A stretch of 63,697 nt of DNA, the filler included, from Chrysochromulina tobinii (lineage: Eukaryota), in assembly GCA_001275005.1 (NCBI GenBank). It is 7 parts of 7 records of this genome, joined end to end, with 100 filler letters (N's around TTAATTAATTAA, not from the genome) between each part and the next. Parts side by side here need not be neighbours in the genome. Positions count along the whole stretch, not along the records: positions 11,368 to 25,386 come from JWZX01000972.1; positions 25,487 to 41,175 come from JWZX01000973.1; 5 more parts are not named here. One strand, given 5' to 3'. Numbering within the stretch: position 1 is the stretch's first letter; each line of letters opens with the position of its first letter. The notes below the pieces were generated by a model. That model was not told the DNA's origin and made no database searches. It saw only the letters and a list, made by a program, of their open reading frames with translations. Position numbers and translations under genes: made by a program. This document shows, one piece after another, positions 21,501 through 31,383 of the stretch.

Positions 21501-23783
21501 CCATCAAGGGAGATCGACTCGAGATCGTCACCTGGCGAGTCCATGAAGCAGTAGCCCGCCCCCAAAGTCCCCGCGCCGTGCCGGGCGTCGCCCTCGGCAG
21601 GGACTGCCTCGGGGACTGCCCGTGGTGGCGGTAGCGGCTCGCCGTACCTGCAATCGGATGCAATCAGATGCAATCAGACGCGATGAGATGCAATCAAAAG
21701 GTCATCAGAGGCATCATCAGAGAGATCATCAGAGGCGTCATCAGAGGCGTCATCAGGAGGCGATTCGCGTACTCGACCACGTGCTCCAGCCGGCACTCAG
21801 GGTGCCTCTTCATCGCCGCCCCGAGGGACTTGAGGGCAATGTTGTAGAGCCCGCGGAACAGGTTGCCGCCAGAAGGATTTCCCTCCGCCGAGGCACCGTG
21901 CGCGTTCGCGTAGTTGTGGAAGCGGCCGACGAGATCGACGAAGCGCCGCGCGGTGTGATAGTCGCGCACCGACTGGAGGACGTACTGCTCGGCCCCAATG
22001 AGCTCATCCGTCTCAGCGAGGACCTGCATGCAGGGCCATCAGTCGCAATCAGCCGCAATCAGTCGCAATCAGCCAGTCATCAAGATTCGCAATCAGCCCG
22101 GCTCTCCGCACGAGGGGTTCGTCAGTTTCGGCGCGCACCGCCGCGCCTCCCGCCTCGATGAGCAGTTTGGATGCCGCCGCGACGAGCGGGTTAGCCGCGG
22201 TGCCTACAATACGAAATGGTGTCCACCAGATTGCAATCAGCCGCAATCAGCCGCACTCAGGCGCACTCAGCCAGAAGGTGCCGATCATATTGCAATCAGT
22301 GGTCGTCCGAGGGCACTCAGAGGGCACTCAGAGGTGGATCAGAGGGCACTCAGAGGGCACTCAGAGGGCACTCAGAGGCAATCGGAGCGCAATCAATCGC
22401 AATCACCCGAGAAGGCATCCGAGCCACCGCACTGCTGCGCGACGATGAGCGACGAGGCGGCGCATGGTACCCTAGCCATCGCACGCAGTGGCGGCAGCAG
22501 CGACGTGGCCGTGCTCGCCGCAGCGCTCAGTTCGGCGCCGAAATCCCGCAGTTGGAGCCGGAGCACAGTGGGACGGAGGGCCGCGAGGTCCTTGGCGCGT
22601 CCGGCGATGGCGGCTGCGGCGACGAGCATCTCGTATGAGAGTCCCGCGCCTGCCTTCGCCGCGGCCACGTCAGCGTCAGTTTCGAGCACGAGCGCGGCGC
22701 CCACGTTTGGATGAAGGAGGAGGCCGAGGAGCGTGCGTACCTGATGAGGATGGTCATCAGAGGTCACCGCCCACGTTTGGATGAAGGAGGAGGCCGAGGA
22801 GCGTGCGTACCTGATGAGGATGGTCATCAGAGGTCATCAGAGGTCATCAGTGATCATCAGAGGTCATCAGTGGTCATCAGTGGCTCGAGGAGGAGGCCGA
22901 GGAGCGTGCATACCTGGGAGAGGCCCTCGGTCGTCATGTGTGAAGACCCTTCGCAATTCATCAGAGGTCATCAGAGGTCATCAGACGTCATCAGACCCTT
23001 CGCAATTCATCGCAATCCATCGCACCCACGCAATCCATCGCAATCAAGGTGGTTTCGCAATCCATCGCAATCAAGGTGGCGCACCAGGTGGGTTTGGTTT
23101 CGCGCCGCGCTCGCGTTCGCGCTGCCGCCATCCTCAGTGTGAGGCAGCGCGACGGCGCCGTCGAGACCGCCGTGCGGCTCCTCGCGCGCGGCTGGCGCCA
23201 CGCGTCGCTCGAGCGCGCGCGCGAACGCGTTGCTGCGCGACGAGAGCGGCAGGATCACGAGGTAGTTGCGCGTGCCGACACCGCGGCTCGCGGGCGCGCG
23301 CACGAAGCCATCGAAGGTGGCGTCGAGGCGGTGGAGCGGCACGGGCGGGCCGGGGACGAAGCTCGCCTCGCTGAGCGCTGCCGGCTTCACGTAGTCGGCG
23401 AAGTTGGGCGTGAAGCCCGGCTCGAGGCCGCGCGGTAGCAGTGCGGCGATCACCTTGGCATTGCGCAGCCACTCGCCGGGCGCGATGGGCCGCAAGGCCT
23501 TGCCAAAGGGCTCGCCCCACGAGGTGATGAGCTCGCCGAGGGCGATGGGCGCCACGGCGAAGCGGTGGCCCTCGAGCACGCGCGCGCTCAGCCGGATGGT
23601 CGTTCTCGCGTGGGAGATGAGCTGGCCCGCCTCGAGGTCCTCCTTGGCGATGGCGGCGTTGTCGAGCGGCGCAGGCAGCTGGGCGACGGTGTCAAAGGCG
23701 AGTGGAACGGCCGAGGGCGGCGGCGTGAGAGCGGAAGCCGGGGTCGACGATCTTGGCTCCTCGTACGCTAGTTTGATCGGCAT
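18342..23783 (-). CDS. UxaA/GarD-family (altronate/galactarate dehydratase-like) protein with SAF domain and a partially duplicated UxaA domain; 10 exons
   Basis: Inferred exons 23783-23085, 22740-22407, 22203-22139, 22023-21773, 21647-21532, 21309-21180, 20696-20475, 20316-19657, 19434-19347, 19257-18342. Joined frame gives [13 protein letters not shown] (SAF), [91 protein letters not shown], and a second [10 protein letters not shown]...LLEHGCEKTHND. One apparent +1 frameshift in the G-run 18639-18643. Confidence 0.85.
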
Positions 23784-23903
23784 GTCGCGACAAGCGCGTC
23801 CGCACAGTTGGTCCGCATGGAAGAAGTCGTGACGAACCTGGACGAAATCGAAGTTCGCAACCTTTTTCAATGGCTTTACACTTTCGTCTCAACGCTCCGG
23901 ACA

Positions 23904-25386
23904 ATGCCACCTTCCTCCGGCTACTCCGGCACGGGCTCCGGCTCCGGCTTCAGCCACGACTCAGGCGCGTCGGGCGACGAGGATGCACCGCCATGGGCGA
24001 CTCCTCGGTCATCCGCGCGCTCGGCGCCTCGCCCGGCGGCCGCTGCCGTCGCGGCTCCGCCACCGAAGACAGCGCCCGGCCCACCGGCCGCACCCGCGCC
24101 TCCTGATTCACCGTCAGCGTATAGTGGGTACAGCGAGTACAGCGGGTACAGCGGGTACAGTGACCGCAGCGTGGAGCCCTCGCCGCAGAAGCCAGCCAGC
24201 CGCTGCCGCCAAGGCAGCGCCGTGGACGGAGCCATCCGCCGCAGAAGCCTGCGCCGCCGCGCCCGCCGCGCCCGCCTGAGGGCGCGCCGGCGCCGCTGCC
24301 GGCGGACGCGTACACGGATCGTGGCTACTCGGAGTGCTCGGACTACGAGAGCCAACAGCTCGCGTACGAGGAGCGTGCCATCAACTGGGAAGAGGAGATG
24401 CTCGAGGCACAGGCGGAGGCGCAGGTGCGGGCCGAGGAGGCGTGCTGATGGAGAGTGCTGATGGGTCACCACTGGCCATCAGAGGTGCTGATGGAGTGCC
24501 TCTGATGGTCATCACCGAGTGCCACCGAGTGCCCGAGATGGCGCCCGTGATGGCTCTCACTCGCACACTAATTCACACACACACTCACTCTCTACCGCGC
24601 AGGCGCGTGCTGATGAAGAACTCATCGAGGAGCGCATCGCCGACGCGAAGAACCTCTTCAGCCACAGCAAGCTGGGCGCTGTCCTGGGCGGCGCCCCATC
24701 TCCGCTGGCCTTTAAGGCCGCCCAAGACAGCGCCTTTAGGGCCGGGCAGAGTGCATCCGCCGCGGTGCCGCCCAGGACAGCGCCCATGATGGAGGCGGTG
24801 GAGGCAACGGACGCGAAGGTGCTCGGCACGGCGCCGCCACAAGCAGCCGGCGCGGCGGCGAAGGTGCTCAGTACGGCGCCTCCACAGACGACGTTCACAG
24901 GCCCTCGCACCGCGAGTGCCACGAGCGCCGTACCGGGCGGATCGGTTGCATCGGAGCAGACGGCGGCGGCGGCCAAGGGCAATCCGACCAGCAAGCTCCC
25001 CCCGAGCGCCGTACCGGGCGGGTCCGACGACGAGTACGAGTACGAGTACGAGTACGATGAGGACTCGGAGGAGGACGAGGAGGAGGGCGAGGAGGACGGG
25101 TCGCCGGCGCCAGCCGCCAAGGGCGCGGCATCACTCACAGCAGTGCCCAAGACGGCGCCGGCGCCAGCCGCCAAGGGCGCGGCATCACTCACGACATCGA
25201 GTGGAGTGGCCCAACGGGGAGCGACCGTGCCCACGACGGCGCCTGACGCCGCGCCCTCGTCTGCTCGAAACTCCGACTCCGACTACGACGAGTACTCGGA
25301 CTCGTACTCGGACTCCGCCCGCGACGACGCGGACAGCGAGCGGGCAATGATGGCACCGCCGCCGCCACCGCCGCCTCAGCCGCCCC
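23904..25386 (+). CDS. Low-complexity Ser/Ala/Pro/acidic protein, 3' truncated, one intron
   Basis: MPPSSGYSG...; an inferred intron at 24425-24602 joins EEMLEAQAEAQ|ARADEELIEERIA; apparent frameshift near 24190. Confidence 0.45.
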
Positions 25387-25486
25387 NNNNNNNNNNNNNN
25401 NNNNNNNNNNNNNNNNNNNNNNNNNNNNNNTTAATTAATTAANNNNNNNNNNNNNNNNNNNNNNNNNNNNNNNNNNNNNNNNNNNN
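25387..25486. other. Artificial contig spacer
   Basis: N-run + TTAATTAATTAA + N-run. Confidence 0.99.
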
Positions 25487-25958
25487 GGGACGGGCGTGGG
25501 GAAGGCGACGCTCGGCGCCGTGATCGAGCGCATCGCCGTGCTCGTCGACGGTGGGCACGGACGTCGCACCACGCACCGCTCCGGTCGCCTACAAGCGCGT
25601 TGCCGTGCCGAGCGTGGGCACGTGCGTGGTATCCAGACAAAGGTGACGACGGCGTCTGTTAAACAGAAAAATCGAAACCGAACCATCAAATAGGTTCCAA
25701 AAAAGGGCTCTGGTGAATGAAATGCATGCAACTTTGGCAGGCGCGCTCCGTGCACCAGCGTGTCCCCAGACGCTCATCTTCGGCCGACCGAAGGCCACAC
25801 ACCGGCCCAAGGCAACGCACGCGTGAGCGCGTGCACTTACTCCCCCACCCCTTTCCGACGTATAGTTAAGGTAGGAGTGAGCGTGGGGGGACCGCGATGA
25901 AACTGAACTGAACTGTGATCATGGTTCATCAACTCCCATTTCGCAAGGCGCCTCGCAC

Positions 25959-28900
25959 GTGCTCGGAGGCATCCGCAAGAGACGTCGCCTGCGCATGTCG
26001 CACGGCACGGAGGACCTCCGCGCCGCGTACAGGCACGTCCCAACGTCGCAGCCGCAACCACACGGGGCCGGGCGCGAGGACGAGCTGCCTGCGATGAATG
26101 CAGATGACGCCGCGCGCCGCCTCGGAGGAGCCTCAGCCGTTGTGGACTTGACGGGCAACTCGCCACCAGTCGCCACCCAGCCGCCTCCGCTCGTGACCGC
26201 CACACCATCAGCCTCGCTCGCAGCGCCAACTCAGCTCGCTGCGGTGCCACTTCAGCTCCGCGACGTGCCCTCGGAGCTGCACTGCGATAGCGTGGCCTCA
26301 CTCGCCGCCGCGCTGCCCCGCGAGCTGCAGCCACTGCTCTGCTGCCTCGAGGCCGTCTTTTCAAAGCAGCAAAGAGCATGGGACTGCGGCTACGCGAACA
26401 TTGCGGCGCTCCTTCGCACGCTCGGCCGGCTGCGCGCCATCCCGAGTGCCAACAGCGTCCGGGCTGCGGCTGCCGCCGAGAGCACAGGCAGCATGCAGCA
26501 GCTCATCGAGGCGGCGTGGCGCGAGGGCTTTGATCCCGAATCGGCGCTCACATTTGGGCGCTCGCTCGCGGGCAAGACGGGCCGTGCGGCCATGGTGGGC
26601 GCACCCGAAGCGCTCGCGTTGCTCACCCACCTTCGGCTGGACGCTTTTGTGATCGAAGTGGTTGACCGACGCGGCTCGGGCACGGCCGTTTACGCGGCAG
26701 CGGCCGCCTACTTTGCTACGGGCTCCGCGGCTGCCGCGGAACATAGCGGCGCAGCAGCCAGCACCGCCGGCGCCACCAGCACGAGCACGGGCGGCTTCGG
26801 GTGCTCTATGCAACAGGGAAGTCAACTGGGTGGTGCCGCCGCTCCGACGACGAGCTCCGCGTCAGCATCCACTGCGGCGAGCGTCCGTGGACCCGTCGCA
26901 ATGCAGTTCGCCGCCGCTCGGGCGGCCGCCGCCGCCGAAGCGCGTGTCGCCGCACATACTGCGCCACCGCCATCGTCGTCGACCGTTTCGTCAGCTTACA
27001 ACGTGCCTTCGGAGATGGCCGGAGATCGCAACGTCCCTCCACCGTCGCTCAGTGGAAGGAAGCAACCCGCCGACCACACAGCGGACGCCCCGCGCCACGC
27101 ACCGTCGGCGCCGTCGACGCCGCGGCTGCTACCGGTAAAGCTGCTACCCCTTTACTTTCAGCACGACGGTCACTCCTGCTCCATCGTAGGCGTGCTGCGC
27201 CACCCTCCGCGGCTGCTGGTACGCGACCCGTCGGATGAGCCCGGGCTCATCCGCTGCTTGCCGCCTGCCGAGCTCGATGGCGAGCAGTACCAGCTCGTCG
27301 GCGTCGGCTGCAAGGCGCTCAGCGAGGGCGAGGCGCACGAGCGCCGTGCCGAGCCGTGTGCCGCTGCCATCTTCCGTCACTCTCGGTGGGAGTATTCTCC
27401 TTGGTGGTCGTTGCGGTTTGATGGTGACAGCTTCGTGGCGGCCAACGCGATGGTCGACGCGCTCCGTCGCGGCCTCCCGCCACACGGGGTCCGGGCGCGC
27501 GAGGACGAGCTGCCTGCGATGAATGCAGACGACGCCGCAGCGCCGTGCACGAGCATCTGGCGGCCGAGCCGCGAGCTGCTTGCGGACGCACGTGCTGCGT
27601 CTAAACGAGGCGATGCCGAGACTGCATGCCGCCTTGGGTGGGCCGCTTTTATGCACGCGTCCACTCGCGGCAATAGCAATCCTAAGTATGCACTCTCAGA
27701 CAACGCCACCAAAGCCGCCATGGACATCGCAGCGTTGAACGCAGTCAAGCATGGGTGCGACTTCGAGGCCATCACCCGTGCCATCAATGTGGAACTCGCT
27801 TCGGACAAAGAGCGCCCTGCCACTGGTCCTGAAGCCTCTGCCACGACCAGGTTGGCGCAGCAAGCACGGGATGATGAAGAAACGTCCTTTCCAGTACCGC
27901 TGGCTCGACTCCCAGATGGTGCGCGTGTGCGTGTTAAGGGCCTAACGTCTCGCGAGGACTTGAACGGACGCCTCGGCACGATCCTCAGCTACATCAGCAA
28001 TAGCGACAGATATGCCGTGCAGATCGAGGGCAGCGGAGAGTGCGTGCGGCTCCGGAGCGATACAGTCGGCCCCATCGAGAGCAAGCCTGCCGATGCGCCC
28101 ACGGCCGGCGCTCTCGTTGAGGCAGCGCGTGCAGGCCAGCTGAAGAAGCTTCGCAACCTCGTCAAGCTCGGTGCCGATGTCAATGGCACCGGGCTCGGCC
28201 GCGGAGGCCGCCCAATATCCGCTGCCGCCGTCGAGGACCAGCTCGAGTGCCTTTGCTTCTTGCTCGATCAAGGCGCCGACCCCAATGCCCCGAATGCGTA
28301 CGGCAGCACTGCTCTTCACAATGCATCATACAATGGCGCCCCCAAGTGCGTAGACGAGCTTCTTCGGCGAGGCGCCGCGGCGAACGCTGCAGACGGGAAT
28401 GGGAACACCCCTCTCATCGCAGCGTGCGCCGCCGGCCACGTGGGAATCGTCAAGGCGCTCGTTGCACACGGGGCCAAGGTGAGCGAGAAGGCCTTCAGTG
28501 CGAATCGCGCGGGCACACATACCAACCAGGCGAGCATCGAGGAAACCTTGCTCGGCACCACGAGCGAGCTCGCAGCACACGGGCGCGATGAGCCGTCCGA
28601 CGCTTGGAAAGCTGCGCAGGGCGCGTCTGCAGCCCTTCAGGCCCTGCTGGCTGCTACGACGTCGGCGGCCCTGCGCGAGGCACTTTTGGTAGCCACGCCG
28701 TTCGCTGAAGTGCCAGCGATTTCCCAAGCTCTGCCGCGCGCCCGCCAGCGTTTGAAGGAGCTTAAGCTCGCGGAGGCGACGGTCGCATCGTCCACGGCAG
28801 ACGCAGCAGCAACGGCCCCGGCAGGCGCAGCCAAAGTGCCTGCAGCGGCAGCTGAAGCGTCTCCCGCACTCACAACGGGGAGCATTTGCATGATCGATGG

Positions 28901-30729
28901 GTTGACATCCAGGCCTGAGCTCAATGGCGAGCGAGCGGTCATTGAGGCACCTGCGGCTGAGGGACGCTATCAAGTGGCAGTGCCACACGGTGGCGGCAAG
29001 GCGCTGCGCATCCGGCTGAAGCGTGAGGCCCTCACACCAACGCCGATGGTCGGTGGCGTAGACCCGAGGGTACTTCCGAAGTGGCCAGGGCTAGCATGCG
29101 GCCCCTCCGTGCGTTGCATGCTCGATGGCCAGTGGAAAGACACCGACTCACTGATCTGGTCCTTCCAAAAGGCGATTCCGGCAGGCGTGAGCGTGGTTGG
29201 AGGCGGACCGAGGGATGGCGGGGCAGACCAGTTGGCGATGAGGGCGCAAATGGCTGAGATGATGAAGATGGACCCGAAGCTTGCGAGCAGCCCGATGGCG
29301 CAGCAGCTGCTACAGCGAGCGATGATGGGGACGCAGGCGTCCAACCTGACGCCGCACACCCAATGGCTCTGGTCGCTCGCGCACATCGTCTCCGACTACC
29401 ACAAGGACACTCCGAAGGGCGTCTTTCGCTTCCTTCTTGCGCATGCCAAGAGCGGCGGCGAGATTGTGCGCGGTGGGGGCTCGGCCGAATGCCTGATCAT
29501 CGATGTCCTCTCGCCCGCGCTGGCGTGCCCACCAGAGATCGAGACGCATTCGACTGTTTGGGGCGACTCGCCTGACGGCATGCAGAAGAGAGGCCGGGCC
29601 GCGAGTGAGCCGTTGCTCCCAGTTCGATACTGGCACATTCCAGACGATGACGCGGATCGCTCGAAGCGCCAGCTGGCTCTTATGCAGGCTGGCCCTCACG
29701 AATGTGCGATGACGCGAGCGGCTGTAGCGACCAAAGCTGAACAGGCCAAGGAGCGTAGCAAGCGGGACAACGGATCCGTCACTGGACAGATCTGCGTGCA
29801 AGCGGAGAGTGTGGAGGAGGTGCACTCGGCACTAGCCATGCTGCAGGCGAACGAAGCATTACTCTCGCCGCAGTACCGCGTCTTCTTTGACAGTGCGAGT
29901 CGCTCCAATGGCCCCGATTGCATGCTGATTGCCCCCGATTGCATGCCGATGGTCCCCTCAATCGCACGCAGGTGCGAGTCGCTTCAACGGCCCCGTCCAA
30001 TTCCGACCCTCGTTTCTCGTGCCCCCTCCCCATCCCACCCCGGAGCCACTCAAGCGATGGTTGACGTGCACTGGCTGCGACGCCAAGCAGGCGAGCGCCG
30101 TCGCTTCCTTCTGCAAGTGCAGCCAGTGCACGACGCATTGGTACTGCACGCCCGAGTGCCGAGATCAGCACAGTCCGGTGCACAATCTCGTGTGTGGCGC
30201 GAGCATTGCGACACTCCGTGGAGCGCTCACCAACGCACGCCCGTCTCTTCTCATTTCCACGGTGCCTCCGGATTCCTGCATCGGCAAGTATTGCCCAACG
30301 TTCAACTTCCAGGGCGCGGCGTCGCCTATTGGGGTAGGTGCAATGGACACAGGGAACGTGGACAAGTACCTCGTGAAGGCGGTGGCGCCGATCAATTTGC
30401 ACGGGAACCAGTGCTTCCTAGTCAAAGTGCAGCCGCCAGGGAGCGGCGAGGGTGGCAGCGGCCCGTGTGGCTTTCCTGGTAGGGCATTGTTTACATCCAG
30501 CGCAGGCGAGGGCAGCCCTTGGGCATGCATGGTCTACGACGAACCACGCAGTCTGACCAACGTCTACCTGCCCTTGGACACGCCCGGCATCGAGGACCTG
30601 CTCGCACTTATCAAGCGAAGCGGCATCCGCGTCGCAAGTGGGGCGTACAAAGCTTACTGCGAGGCCAAGCGAGAGGGCCCGTGCCTACGCATTTACATCG
30701 ACCGATTGGCACCACAGCAAAAGTGGTGA
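25959..30729 (+). CDS. Multidomain protein: ZUP1/ZUFSP-like C78 peptidase + SH3-like modules + ankyrin repeats + MYND zinc finger; intron 29893-29971
   Basis: C78 motifs WDCGYANI, IEAAWREGFDP, PLYFQHDGHSCSIVG and LLVRDP; ankyrin GSTALHNASYNG and GNTPLIAACAAGH. Removing the 79-nt intron joins FFDS|ASRFNGP into the frame with CTGC...CSQC...YCTPECRDQH...HNLVC (MYND). Confidence 0.75.
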
Positions 30730-30859
30730 CCCACAGCGGTAACAGAAAGCTGATAAAGGGACAAAAGTAGGAGGTGCGAACCGTTAGTGTTGCGAGTGCG
30801 CTCCAAGCCCTAGAGTACAGCTCCCTACGATACACGATACAATTAACACGAGCGAGAGA

Positions 30860-31180
30860 TCATGTCGTGGCCTTTTCGGCTGCCTCCTTGGCGGCGCGCG
30901 CTGCTGCTGCCACCGCCTCTAAGGCGGCCAGTTCTGCATCCTCCTCATCCTCGGACAGCACGTACATCAAGTACATGTAGAGCAGACCGCAAAACGAGCT
31001 GAACGAAATCATGATCAGCACGAGCTTCTGCCACGGAAACTCTTGCTTCTTCGCAATCGCTTTGTTTACAATCTCCGTTCGTTCTACCTTGCCAACCTTG
31101 GCATTGAAGCGGCCAACCTTGGTCCGAAAATCAGCAATCGGTGGGCCGCCACCACGGCCGCGCACCTCGGCTTTGCCCAT
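30860..31180 (-). CDS. Small single-pass membrane protein resembling TRIQK
   Basis: MGK...PIADFRTKVGR...basic region, TM helix, acidic tail (SEDEED); the same layout as TRIQK proteins as I recall them, not verified. Confidence 0.55.
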   Translation of the reverse strand: MGKAEVRGRGGGPPIADFRTKVGRFNAKVGKVERTEIVNKAIAKKQEFPWQKLVLIMISFSSFCGLLYMYLMYVLSEDEEDAELAALEAVAAAARAAKEAAEKATT

Positions 31181-31227
31181 CGGCACGCTCGACGGCGCCA
31201 CAAGTGCTTCGTCAGTTCACACTGGAA

Positions 31228-31259
31228 TAAGTCAAGTCAAGTCAAGTCGAGTCAAGTCA
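31228..31259. repeat. (AAGTC)n microsatellite in a divergent intergenic region
   Basis: aagtcaagtcaagtcaagtcgagtcaagtca. Confidence 0.9.
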
Positions 31260-31383
31260 TTACAAGCAATCTTCACTCCCCTCCAGCATGCAACCGTGTT
31301 ACTTCTCACCCACGTTTCTCATCACTTTCCGCATTCGCGTTCCTGCACCCGCCCGCGCCTGTGCACTTCTTTGTGATCCTGTG

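Noticed and set aside
19080..23374. Short ORFs with [21 protein letters not shown] peptides
   Set aside because: These are translations of the intronic repeats, not proteins.
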